Below, in pieces: positions 49,901 through 62,550 of a stretch of DNA of 64,000 bases. The notes beneath the pieces are model-generated. The model was not told where the DNA came from. It searched no databases and saw nothing but the letters and a program-made list of their open reading frames with translations. This DNA is from Selaginella moellendorffii (Eukaryota; Plantae; Lycopodiophyta): the NCBI RefSeq assembly GCF_000143415.4, contig NW_003314432.1, forward strand, positions 62,001-126,000. The letters are read 5' to 3'. The position numbers and the translations under genes are program-made. The number at the start of each line of letters is the position of its first letter. Within the stretch, counting starts at the first letter, position 1.

Positions 49901-52900
49901 AATAAGTTTTGAGCTTGTCCCAGAGACTAACTCCTGGTACTAAGGGAGGCTTGGGGTGAAAGCCCAAAGCGTGTGTTCCGAGAGGGGGGGGGGGGGGGGG
50001 TGCCAAATGTGTAGTAGGGATAATGGGTAGGTCAGGCATGGCCAACCAACTTAAGGCATAGTTTAGCTTCCACTTGCATGCCTATCCTTGTTCTGCGTCT
50101 GGCTTGGGTCTAAGCCCAAGCTCCACACCATGCTAGCTGGTGAAGTACCCATGTCTTTGCATTAGGCCACTGGTATGTCGAAATAACGCCAGACTCCATT
50201 TGGCTCTGTTTTGCATACTGGTCCTGGCATTGGGATGTTGGTTGCTCTAAAACTGTTCCAAGTTGCTCCAGCTCCTGTTCCTTTGCTCCTCGGGTTGTAT
50301 GCTCGAGAGTTGCTCCGTGGTCCGGTTCCGTCACTCCTTGGCTCTATGCTTGGGAGTTTGGCATTGTTCCTTTGTTCAGTGGCCTAAGGCTCTGAACCTC
50401 AGGTTCCACACCTCTATCCTTTGGACACATGGCATGTGATATGTGGCATCTGTCATATGGCACAAAGAGGGTTTAAGTTCCGCTTCGTGGTGTTATCCTA
50501 TGGTAAATCACTATAGGATAAAGGGTAAAACCCACATGCGCTACAATTGAGTACGATGAAAGTTACCTTAAATTCTTGATCTTTAATCTTTGATAGGAAT
50601 GTTGTACACTCCGATCATCGGCCATCTTGACATTGAAGGGTGTAGAGTGGATTGGTCCAAGTCCTATTGCTTTGCAGGTTGAATACTCGATAATGTTGAT
50701 ATTTTCTCTGCCATTGATGATTACTTATATAACTTTGTTTTTTCTTATCGTGATTGGGATGCATGGTACATTTTCATCATAGTCGCTAGGTTGGATGTTT
50801 GCCTTATGGGATGAGTTGTTAGTTTTTTTCTTGACTTGAGTTGAAGTTTTTTGGTGGAGAAGCTTGACATATTTTGAGAAGTTGTTTTCTCAAGTATAAA
50901 GCTATATGTGAAAGTTCTAGAAGGGTGAGTGTGATACTTTGTTGAAGAATTTTGGTGATGGGCTTTGGTTGTTCCTCTTTTTTTGACAAAGTTTTAATCA
51001 CAATTTCTTGATCATCTTTAATTTCAAGTTGTTGTTGTCGAAGGGTTTGTTGAATTGTGGTGACTAACTTATTGCCATTCGTGCCTTGAGATTTCTTACA
51101 CTTTGTCTTAGAGTTTTTGTTCTTTGACTTTTCCTCAATGTCATCTTTAGGAGTGTAGTGTTTTTCTGACTTCGAGTTAGAGCTTTTACCTCAGGTTCAT
51201 CTTTAGAGTGTTCATCTTCAATTTAGTCGATGTTGACATTTCTTATTGTTGGAGAAGGTCTTTGATGTTGCTGATCTTGCTGAGGAGGTCAATTTCCTTG
51301 ATTTGTTGTTGTTGGTATTGGGGTCGGATTTCTTGAGTTTGAGGTTGTTATTGATAGTTGTTGTGAGGAAATACTTTGGGTGGTGGATCATATTGTTGAT
51401 TTTACTATTAATAGTTTAGTTATTGCAGAGGTGGTCTCCATTGCCGATTGTTGTGGTACTGATATTGATAGTTATTTTGCTGGGGTGGTGGTCTCCATTG
51501 TTGGTTGTCTCGATAAGGTTGGTCACTAATACTGATTGTCTTGATTGCCATTGTTGTATTGTTGATGGTATCTAGGGTTAGGATTATATATATCTTGATT
51601 TTGGTAGTTCAACTACCACTGTTGTGGTTCTTGTCTGAGTTGATTATAATGTCTTCTAGTTGCTGTAGGAGTTTAAGGTATATTTTCGACTTGTATGACT
51701 TTAGTTGCTTTTTTGTATCGACAGATCTTTGCTATATATCCTTCCTTTTCACAGATCTAATACTTACACTCTGTTAGGATGTATCCTTTATCCTTACATT
51801 TCATATACCATACTCCTTTAAATTTGTTCTTGATTGTAACTTTTTTGAGTATTTTGGTAAGTTCTTTATTCTTGTCTTTCTTCATGACTTCGAGTTTGTA
51901 TTCTTCCTTATCATCAGAAAAGTCATTTATTCTTGTTGTTTCTACTCTTAAAAAATTTCAAAGCTGTTTCTCGAGGTTCTTGATTTTTTAAAAAATATTG
52001 TCAATAAAGGTCTCGGCATTTAGATCTTCTTCCGTATTTACAAGAGCAACCATTTACTAGTATATCTTCTTCAATCCTTGTACATACCAAATATACTTAC
52101 CTTGTTTAGTGAGTAGATCTTTGTAGTGCTTTGTGTGAAATTTGAATCTTCGGGTATAGTCTTTGATATCTTCTTTACTGCCTTGTTTAATGCTCTTGAA
52201 ATGTTCTAGGTATTCAACTATTATGCCACTGGGTTGGTACTTCTCTTTGAATCACTTAACTTTTTCCTAAAACTTAGGTTTTTCATCAAGATTATAATAC
52301 CATTCTAATGCTTTTCTTTTAAGTGTGAAAAGGAATAGAAGTTCTTTGTTGTCTTCTTGTTGATTGACTTATATAATTTGGTTGAATTGTTGGAAATGTC
52401 TTTTTGTATTTTCAATTTTGCTATTGGTGAAGATTGGATATGTAATCATGATGCAATAGGGTATTGTTGGGTTGATGAGTGTTATCTTTCTACTGTTAAT
52501 GATGGTTCAGTTTCTTAAGAAGCTAGATAAGACTGAAAGTTGTCGGTGTTATAATCTTTGTAATTGGGATTTCAAGTGGTGGTAAATCTTGATCTAAGTC
52601 TAAATTTTAATTGATTATGTCTTCCTCGGCATTGATTGTGTTGATGTTGCTTGATTTGCTAACTTGTATGGCTTAAGTCGTTTTGTCAAAAGTCTTGAAT
52701 ATAGTCTCAAGGATTTCAATTTAAGCTTAAGTCTTCTATTGCTTATCTACTTCTAATTTTTGCTGGAGTTGTTTCTTCTCTTCTCATATTTGTTGTATTT
52801 GATCTCGCTCTTGTTTCTTGAGTGGATCAAGGTTGTGTTTGTATATTTGATGTTGTGCTAGAGTTTTCTTGAGTTATCATTTTCTTGAATTTGCTTTCCT

Positions 52901-53070
52901 GGTTTTCTTTTTGTTGTCTTTGGTTTGTTGTGTTCTTCTTGAGGAAATGTTATGTAGTTGTAGAATCATGTTTTGTAGACTAACACAATCTTATGTATTG
53001 GTATTTGTGTTGCTATGTTGTCTTCGGCTCAATAAAGTTAATCTTCAACAAAGTTGTTGCTCGCCAACTT
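46931..53070 (-). mobile_element. Ty3/gypsy family A copy 2 (inverted relative to 22421-26010), including the gag region, interrupted by a solo LTR
   Basis: Near-identical ORF translations (48315..48701 versus 23790..23990; 47026..47232 versus 25275..25481). Gag-like region at ~52000-52450. The 5' limit is approximate. Confidence 0.85.
49438..50545 (+). mobile_element. Solo LTR (1108 bp, TG...CA) with a 5-bp TSD (cttga/attga)
   Basis: The empty site atcttgagtac is visible in family A copy 1 (~23350-23375, reverse complement). Homologous to the LTRs at 15125 and 16480. Confidence 0.9.
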
Positions 53071-55508
53071 CGGGATCGAACAGGAGTGCATACTATGGCT
53101 ACTCTTTTTACAAGTCCTTGTTGTGTTAAATTGTTGTAAAGTAATTGTGGCTTACCTTTAATTGTGTTGTATAAAGTCATACACATGCTTACTATGAGCA
53201 TCCGCATTCTCCAATCAATGGTGATGTTCAAAAAGTCTAAGCTAAGTAGTGGTTATATTCTAAGTATTGTTGTCCTCAAGATTGTTGTTGATACAGGTTT
53301 CTAAATTTTTGATTCTTATATTTTTTACTTTTGATCACTGTCCATGCTTCAATTAACTATTATTTTTATTCCCTATCGTCCCCAAGGGATCTCCACTTGT
53401 TAAATCCTTAGTATTTGATTTCTATTTGCTTGGTTGCTTCTTAATAGCTCATTTGATAAATGTATATTTTCATTTTTAATAATGTGAAGAAGAAATGCAA
53501 GTGTTTATTAGTATGGTAGATGGTATATTATTATCAAAAGAGTTTGGGATAGTTTCCATTGAACTAGACTACCTATTTCCAACTTACTTGAAACATCACC
53601 AAAAGAAGAGATTGAGATTCTAATATAATCCCACTCTAAAGCTATGTTGTGTAGAGCATCTTGAGGGTCTACAATAATAATTAGTCCCTCAGGCAAAACT
53701 ACATGTATAGCATCCACTATCTTCACAAGAGCTTTATACCATATATTACATATATACCATATAGCTTTATATCTATAGAATAACAACCAGAGTTAGGGAT
53801 ATTCTTGCCTTCTGAAATATTTTTACTCTCTATCTTCTGTGAAATAACATCTTCATCATTATTCCTTTGTGTTCCAATTATATTTCCCTAAGAGATTTTG
53901 GTAGGAAATATCTCTATTGGAGACATCAATTGATTCTGCTTCTATATAAAAAACCCACTAACATCCAACTCACCTATAAAGGGGGAGTAATTCGAGTTAA
54001 ACACCTTAATAATGCAAAGCAAAACACATTTAACTCTTAAAGAAGCACAGTGACAAATGCAAGTAGCATCTAAAGATTCTATTCTTCCCTTTGCAATTGA
54101 TCCTTCATTATCCCAAACAATCTCTATTACATCTCCTTTTCACAACTTGAGAAAAATAAAGAAAATTACAAATATCAAAACACAAATAGAAGGAAAAAAG
54201 TACAAAAAAAGACAAGAAAATAGGAAATTAAAAAACAAAGTTCCTTTTGTGAATATGAGAAAACAAAACATGAAAATATGTAGCGAAAATAATTAAAAAT
54301 GCATAAAATAAGCACACACAAAGTCAAAGAATTTCTAGTATGCACTTGCATGCTAAAGACCCAATTTAATGTATTGATGAAAGAATATAAGCTCACAATA
54401 AACCAAAGTCAAATTAAGAGAGAAACAGATTGGTAAGTGCAAGTTTGTAAAATGACCAGAGAAACAAGAGTTATTTAACTTTGAACAAGCATGGTCTCAC
54501 ACTCATTCTTAAACAATGTAAGGATTTCTAACACTCTCTCTCTCATGGTCTCTTGTTTTTTTAAGCTAGCGTGTGAGCTCATGCCTAGCCAAACTCAAAT
54601 TTGACTTTCTCCAAAGAAGCTTGAGATTTCTTGGCATGCACTTGTACACTTATAGACCAGTTTTGGATGACTCTCTCTTGTAAATCTTTGTTCTTTTGTT
54701 TTGAGATTTCTAGGCATGCTCTCTCATGCCTATACACAAGTATGGGATGACTCTCTTGTAAATACACTACACTATCATATAGTCTCATGCCAAGCAATAC
54801 TAAAATACGAATGTATATTCTTATAATAATGGAAACCATATGTTTTGAGGAAAGAAAAACTTACCATGGCCATAAACAAGAGAGATATGTGCTTAGGATG
54901 TGCTAGAGAGGAAGGAAAAATGCCTCCTAAGATGTGATCCATGAACCAGTAGTGGCGAACCCAAGAGAACCCAAAACCTAAGAAAAAACCATAAGGCTAA
55001 GAGGGTGAAAGAATTTGAAATGCAAGGGTAGTGCTATAATACTAATAGCTTGTATCAGTTTTGATTGAATTTAGGCAGGATTATTAAATAATGTAGTACA
55101 GATATTTAATGTTGTCATATAGTTCAAGAAGAGACTCCATAAAAAGTTTTTTCAAAAAATGAGATAACTAGAATTTTTTAGTATTTATCGAAATTGTGTT
55201 TACAAGATTATATAATGAGAATCATGGCTTGAAATTTATTACTGAAGAGTTGTTGCATATGTTGTAGTTTATTACTCTATTTTATTCTATTTATATTCTA
55301 TGTTATATTTTACAGTTTTCATTTTGAATTTTATTGTTTTATAGAATTTAATTCCTGAATTATATTGTTTGATCCATTTTATTTATCTTGCTTCCTAGCT
55401 TCGCTCGTGGCTCCAAAGAATCACCCCAGCCAAAAAAAATCCCGACTACTACTTCGCTACACTGCTCTACCAAAATCCACCCACTACTACTTACTTGTGG
55501 AGTGTGAT

Positions 55509-57870
55509 TTACAATTCCACCTCTTGCAAGTCGTCTCCAAACACTCCAGAGGAACTGGCAGCTTCGAATCCCACTGTGCCGGACTGTTGATGGCCGATGA
55601 ATCAAACTTTCCTGGTGTTGGTTTTGCTGCTGCTGCTCGACCATCACTGGCAGAGTGACTTCCAGAGCTGGGAGGTGGCGGCAACGAGATGGTCAACGGT
55701 GCTGCTGGATAGTGATTCAAATAGAACATTGCTGGCGAAGAGCCACTCGAGAGATGATCAGGCGTTGGCCCCGGATCGTTTCTCATATCCTGTACAACCG
55801 GCTGAGCGAATGCTGCTGCTGCAAACGGTCCATTCCCGTTTGAGAATGCCGTGTCGGGGACAAAGGCCGGTGCCGAGGAAGGATCCACCGAATGGTTGCT
55901 GTTGATATCTGGAGCAGCGGCAGCAGCGGCCGCAGGCACGAAAAATCTCGCTGCAGCCAAAGGCTTTGCGCTTGCCTTTGGCACCACGCCAAACAGTGGA
56001 GGAGAGTCCGATGATGTCTTGGATGGTGTTACGCTACCTTTGTTGAATGTATCGACATATCTGCAAAAACCTCGTGAGATTGGAGTGTGGGATTCCACTC
56101 ACAACCGGTTGCGGCCTTTCCGGAGTTGGCTGTCGTCTCTCTGGAGACATGGAAATAGGAGCGCCGTTCTCCTCCACGCGCGAGACGAGCTTGTTTGCCG
56201 TGGGAGGAGGAGCCAACGGAAGCTCTGGCGCTTGTGCCTCGGCTCCTTCTTCAACCCAGCGCTTCAGTGTCTCGTCGTATCTAAACTTGTTGCTGTCGCC
56301 AAGCTTTGCCTGCATCACGTACCAACCATTAGCGCTCTTTCCAAAGCTTCTACAAACCTCCTTCGAAGGTGTTTTTATGAAGCCCATCGCTCTTTGCACG
56401 AAAGAAGTAAAGACGTCTCTGTTTGGCGTTCCTTTCGTTGGACTAACGATCTGATGAAAGAATACAAGTCTTAATCGAAGGTACACAAGAGCAAGTCGAG
56501 TTACCTGTGCAGGCCTGTGAAATGCTTCTTGCTGGCATGTTGGATCTTCTCGTATTATCACTTATGGGTTCCATTGATGCTGACGAGGCAAGTGATACAC
56601 TAGCTGTTGCAGGACAGTTATTAATATCAGCATATCAGAAGCTTTCGGGGAAGAAGGGCCTATCATCTTGTGTAGACCAATATTGCCAAAAAACCGTTGC
56701 ACAATTGACGTCGAGCCTCCCTGGATAACAGGAAAGTGAGTATAAAAGCCGAGTGTCCGATTACAAACCTGAGAGTGGATACGAAGACGCTCTTCCAAGG
56801 CTACAGCCGCTTCTTTGCACACATCAGCTGCATGGCCCACTGTTTTCAAAGAGAAACCTTAAGGATACAGTTAAGAATCACTACCAACCTTAAAGCTTCG
56901 TTTATCTTTCCAGCTTCAGCAAGCATCGACGCATAAATAAGCTTGTATGGCTGAAAAGGAAGTAAAATAAACTGGGAATTGCCGGTCATTCTTGCAAATT
57001 CTTCCATTCGCTGATGAAGAAAAGGTTAACAATTGTTATTGAGGACAAACACGGCTTACCTGGATAGCTTCTGGACTAGCGTACGTGCGTGGATACAATG
57101 GTCGGCAGCTATAAGACAAAGTCCGGCAGAAGTAGAGAAAGGCTCAAAACTAGCATTTGCAACACGATAGCAAATATGGGCTCCACATATCTGCAAGTTA
57201 AAACTATGAGAAACATCAACGTGTGACCATGTATATACCTCATCTCGATGTCTCCAGAGACAATCACCAAGATGCATAATCACTCTCTCGTCCCCATTAG
57301 TTCGGTTAACTGCCATTATAGCCAGGTTTTCCTGCCATTCTTCGAGCATTCCTTCTACTGCGTCCTGCAAGTCAACATGCACTCCTTAAGCAAGAGAGCA
57401 GCTTGATAAAAGTATTTCACCTGTGTTGCACCATCTACAGCGGACGCTGGAACCGGTTGAGGTTGAAGCGCTGTTACGTTCGACGAATTAGTGTTCCCTA
57501 TGAACACTCCGGCATGTTGACCAGCATAAAGAAGAGTTAGAGTCCGGAGGGTTGAAACTGACGTTGAGCCATCTCCACTATAGTGTCGGTGTACTATTAA
57601 AAACCACAAGACCATCACTAACGGTCTCTACAAGACTAGGTACCTTCTCTCCCAGCTGCCGGGCCATAAGAAGAGCACATCCCCAAAGTTGCCCGTCTTG
57701 GGCAGCCCGTAAAGCCTCTTTCTGCTTTCCGGCAATCAGTAGCCTTTTCACCTCAAATGCAGTTGCCTGTCGCCAGAAAGTCTTTGTTTGTATCAACTCA
57801 AGAGAAAAAGACTGCCCAACCTGCATTTGCTGTTCGGTTGGAGTTGTCTGTAGACAGCGAGAGCCAAAAG
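55509..57870 (-). pseudogene. SEC16: SEC16 3' half, copy 2 (more deleted)
   Basis: Same motifs as 7515-10050, with several deletions and frameshifts. Confidence 0.85.
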
Positions 57871-58388
57871 CCCATGACTCTTTATGTTCTCAAACAAAGC
57901 CTCGGCTTCTTCCAAATGCCCTTTCCTGGCAAATGCTGTGACGAGGGCAGTCTGCGCAACGATTGTCTTCACGGGCATCCGATCAAAGAAATCCTTGGCA
58001 GAAGCTATCTTTCCACTGCGGATGCAAAGCGTGATCATCACATTTCAAGAGATCTCGCTCTTCTCTGGAGCCAATTCGAAAATCTCTCGCGCTTTATCAA
58101 GATGCCCGTTGTCGGCATATGCCGTGACGATCGAGTTCCACGTCGAGGCATCTCGCCGGAGCATCCCATCGAACGTTCTGCGCGCTCGATTTAGATATTT
58201 CGCCTGTGCGTAGGCCTGGATCATGATTTGGGAGGAGAAGAGCTTAGGATTCTCTATGGATTCCAAGATTGCACGGGGCGTCATCGACGCTGCCGCATTT
58301 GCCATACATCTGGACGAGCAGATTCGCGAGGTATTTGTTGCGGCGGTGCTCGCTCTGCGCAATGCGGGCGTGGATTTGCCTCCCTGTG
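57871..58388 (-). pseudogene. PPR fragment, copy 2 (5' end displaced by inversion)
   Basis: Matches 10051-10584. Shares the TGA (58045-58047), has a 16-bp deletion near the SEC16 junction, and breaks at cctgtg (58383-58388). Confidence 0.85.
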
Positions 58389-58789
58389 TCTGGAGCAGAC
58401 GAAGTGGAAGCCCTAGTGAAGAATAGTGAGTTTTGGATGTAGTATTCTGAGCTTCTCGTGATCATGGCCCCAATTCTAAAGCTGTTAAACATAGTTGATA
58501 GAGATGGCGCAGGGATGTGTGTCATCTTTGAAGCTATGGATCAAATGCAAAAGAGCTTATAGAAATTCGCTGATGATGATGTGGTGGACAAGCAGAGAAT
58601 TGAAATGATTAAAGCATTCATATACAATAATGATTAGTTTGGTCCAAACTGTTAGCTCATGATGCACAATTGTCTGCAAAGTGTGGCTGTTGTTTACATC
58701 CATTGTGGATGGACATGGAAGAGGATGTTGAAGGCAATGATACCCATGCATACTTTGAATAGATTTCAAAGGGGGATTTGAAGCTTAAG

Positions 58790-59190
58790 GAAACGTTAGT
58801 GCTTCAATTTCATGATTTCAAGAAAAATCAACCTACACAGATAAGACATAATCTAGAGAGTATATATCTCAACTCCTTGACCTGCAAAAGGTGGCTATAT
58901 AAGTGCTCAACCAATGTATTTCAATTTTTGATGCTAAAAGAAATTAGAGCATTTGGAGCATTGTCTAGTCTAAGAGAAGAGCTCAGTTGCTAGTTGTGAA
59001 CATGAAAAGTTAGTGTATTGTTACACTAACTTGAAGTTAATCCAACTCATAGAGACAAAGGGCACCCCTTGTAAGGAAATTGATCATGATGATTTGGATT
59101 TAGAAGCCAATTGGGAGAGGCTTTTATATATGCAGCAAATGATGGAAGAATTCTAAGAACTTTTATAAGAGATAGATGAAAGTGTTGTAT
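58790..59190 (+). mobile_element. hAT transposase C-terminal dimerisation-domain remnant
   Basis: Degenerate LQKVAI*VLNQCISIFDAKRN*SIWSIV*SKRRAQL..EKLVYCYTNLKL. Confidence 0.65.
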
Positions 59191-59689
59191 GATCTTGAAA
59201 TCATGCAGTAGAATATCCTAATATTTAAAAGAATCTTTTAGAATCTTTTTCATTTCTTTAGGTTTTTAGGTTTGTTACTGACAAACGTGTTTGGAGAAAA
59301 ATTTGACATTTGCAAAATTATGCATTTGGAACGTTTGTGTGTTTGCTTGGTAAGTATGGTTTCTACCACGAATTCTTGCTCCAGATCGGGGAGAACTAAT
59401 AGAGGAGACTTGGAGGAATCATCATTTGAGCTCCACAAAGCTCAAAAAAATGGAAATCTTGTAATTTATGATAAAAATTACAGAGAGATCTTAGTATATC
59501 ATTTAAAGAAACAAGATAAATGGGTTACATATGCATTATGTGTTGAAAATGAAGGATATCTTGCTGTTTATAATACAAATTTGCAAATTTGTGTATGGAA
59601 ATCAAATTATTAAATTTCTTTAACATTAAGATAATTCACCATGATTATTTTTAAATAAACTATTTCATATCATTAGCTAATAAAAAACA

Positions 59690-60520
59690 GGGAAAATTAC
59701 ATTTGTACCCCTAAAAATTTACAAAATAACAAATTTGCCTTAGAAGTTTTAAAATTATAGTTTTGATTCTACAAAGCTAGAAAACTACCCTTACTCAACC
59801 TTCAACTAAAATAATCTAGAGTATTATATTTAATTTGGGGCAAATGGGATTAAGGATTAGGGCTAATTGATTATTGAGGTTTGTGCTAGAAAGGAATTAC
59901 AGTAGGAAATTGTTTTGATTCTATTAAGGAGTTATAAAAGGTAATTAAAGTGATGTTATTTAGTATGAAGTCGTGATTGCTACTACATCATTAGTTTAGT
60001 TGATATAACAGTATTCAAGATTCACTCAGAGCACCACATTCAAATTGTGAGGCTTGTTGAAAAGACTTATTTTTGCTTTGGTTCGCAAAAGATTAATATT
60101 CCATGTCTTTTATGCAATTATAACTATCATATTTTACAGAGAGCATATGTAATTCTACACCCATCCTTGCTACTCACTTGAGGCTTATTGTGGCGCATAT
60201 ATAGGTCTTTTTTTCTGGAGGGCTTGTGCAAGAATAATACATAACCATTAAAAATCCTCTTAGTTATCTAAAGAAAAAATGTGTATAAACATAATACATT
60301 GGTTAAGATAAAAAGGGCTTTCCATTGTGGATGATGCCATTACGTAGAACATAGCAGATGAACTTGTTAGTAGCTAATTTAATTAGTTTATTTGATTTTC
60401 TTTCTATCTTATTTGTTATTCCCTTGAATATATGTTAATAAGTAGAATATTCTAGAATATTCTAGTTGAAGAGTGTTAAAAGGTTGAGTAAGGGTTTTCT
60501 TTTGTAATATGTAAAATTTT
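59690..60520. mobile_element. Degenerate non-autonomous Mutator-like (MULE) element
   Basis: Starts GGGAAAATTACATTTGTACCCC. The inverted repeat cccttactcaacctt (59788-59802) / aaggttgagtaaggg (60480-60494) extends to ~50 bp. Confidence 0.5.
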
Positions 60521-60622
60521 GTGAGATGGAAATTCATTGATTGTTCTTTTTTGTTCTTGTGGAGATGGACCATTTTACTTCGATCACAGCAAGCTCCATT
60601 CCAGAGGATGTAAGGACTGGAG

Positions 60623-60980
60623 GGAGGAGAGAGCCAATCTTATAAGCCCAGTGGAGTAGAGGAATTCTCACCAGAGAGTAAAATCTTTGCTTCTTCCAGG
60701 GTGTCCTTGTTCTTGCAAGGCAAGATGGATTATCTTCTTCTTCTTAGCCGTGATCTCCAAGCTAGATTGGAATGTTCTTTCTCCGTCCAGGATTCTCAAG
60801 AGCTGTGGAGGTCGCGCCCGGATTCTCGCAAGGAATACCTCGCGAATCGCGAATGCATGTGAGATCCAGCAAAGTTTATGGCATTGCTCTTCCCCAATTT
60901 CGTGATTTCCACAGACACCTCAGAGGATTGCTTGCTCTCCTGGGGAGCACTGCTCAAGAACTGCCGGGATCTGTCACAGG
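60623..60980 (+). other. Inverted PPR promoter and 5' coding segment
   Basis: Reverse complement of 10581-10897, plus ~39 extra bp. Confidence 0.92.
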
Positions 60981-61453
60981 TCTTTCTTGCTCCTCGAGAT
61001 ACTAGTGGAGCTGTCGCCCTAAATTCGCCCCCACCGCTCCCTCTCCGCCCAATTCCCTCATGGCGCCAGCTCCAGTTCCACTCGCGCCGCCTCTCGATGT
61101 TCTTCCACTTCGGCGTCAACTCGGAGCGTGGATCCGGCCACGAATCGCCCTCCATCTTCAACCCGGAGCGATTGAATACGTCGCAGTGGATGGACGCGGC
61201 CCAATCCGCGGGCGCGCAGCTCGTGATCCTCACGGTCAAGCACCACGACGGGTTCTGCCTGTGGCCCTCGGCCTACAGCTCTTGGCGAGGAGGGAAGGGG
61301 GATGTGGTGGCCGAGTTCGTGGCCGCCGCCAGGGAGCGTACGTGGGCTTTTACCTCTCGCCATGGGATTTGCACGAGAGCTGCTATGGCGACACTCTTCT
61401 CTACAACGAGTTCTACTTGGCTCAGCTCCCGGAGCTTCTTACTGGGTGAGTGA
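60878..61453 (+). pseudogene. Chimeric ORF: PPR N-terminus fused in frame to fucosidase exon 1
   Basis: MALLFPNF...LLKNCRDLS|QVFLAPRDTSG|AVALNSPPPLPLRPIPSWRQLQF...TVKHHDGFCLWPS. Frameshift at ~61340. Confidence 0.75.
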
Positions 61454-62550
61454 GACATTCTTTGCTTCTTCTTCACGCATTTTTCTTGGTGGCATGATCA
61501 CTGTGTGATATGTTTGCATTTGCTCCAGCCCATCAAACGGTTTTAGCATTAGGAGCTCGCGAGCTTGTGGGCTTTTGTAGTTTTCATCTCTAGCAGCAGA
61601 TGCCTTGACGCGGCATTCTGTTTTGGCGTGCAGATATGGGCCGATCTTCGAGGTGTGGCTGGATGGTGCGAAATCACCCACTGCAGTGAACATGAGCTAC
61701 GATTTTGAGCTCTGGTTTGACACGATTCATCCCCGGTGGCAACATCTTTTCCGATGCTGGCCCCGACATCCGATGGGTTGGGAACGAGTATGGCGAGGCT
61801 GGACAACCATGCTGAGCGATGGCGAACAGATCTTCCATTACGATTGGCAGGAGCGATGGCCAGTACGTAAAATCCATCCTTCCATGAAACTTTCGTTCTC
61901 GTGAAACTCAATCCAATTCGCAACATCAACAGGTACTTGATGTCTTGAGAGAGTGCTGGAACCGGCTGGCTCCCTCCGGAGTGCGATATCTCCATCAGGC
62001 CCGGTTGGTTTTGGCACAGGAACGAGGCTCCAAAATCCCTGGAGCAGCTGCTCGACGTTTTCTACAAATCATCCACCAGGAACTGCTTGCTTCTGCTCAA
62101 CGTCCCTCCAAACTCGTCGGGACTGATCGACGAATCTGACTTCCAGACGCTGGAGCGGTTTAGCTCCGCCATAGATTCCATCTTCAGCGTCAACTTAGCA
62201 GCGAATCCCTTGTCCGTGACAGCAAGCAGCGTTCACAGCTCTTCGTTCGGGCCGAAGCAAATCCTTGATGAGCGTATGGAAACTTTCTGGGCTCCAATGC
62301 AAGGGGAGTCAACCGGCTGGATCGAGCTTGATCTTGGCAAGGTCTCAAAGTTCAACACACTGGAGATCCGAGAGCCAGTAAACATGGGACAAAGGGTCAT
62401 GGAATATCATGTCAAGGCATGGGACAGCGAGCTGGGCTGGTACCTGGTGAGCAACAGTAGCACCATTTGGGGGGGGGGAGGGATCCATTTATCTGCTTCT
62501 TTGGTTTATACTTCGATATATACAACCTGAGGCACTTGTCTTCTATTTAT
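60981..62550 (+). pseudogene. Alpha-L-fucosidase (GH29) copy 2
   Basis: Matches 10926-12592. It has lost its ATG, has TGA at ~61946, and has a deletion with a G-run at ~62468. Confidence 0.88.

Noticed and set aside
53400-55390. Possible copia/LTR remnants (AGGGGGAG at ~53980, DSGC-like peptide)
   Set aside because: Too degenerate to support, with no partner LTR or convincing domain.
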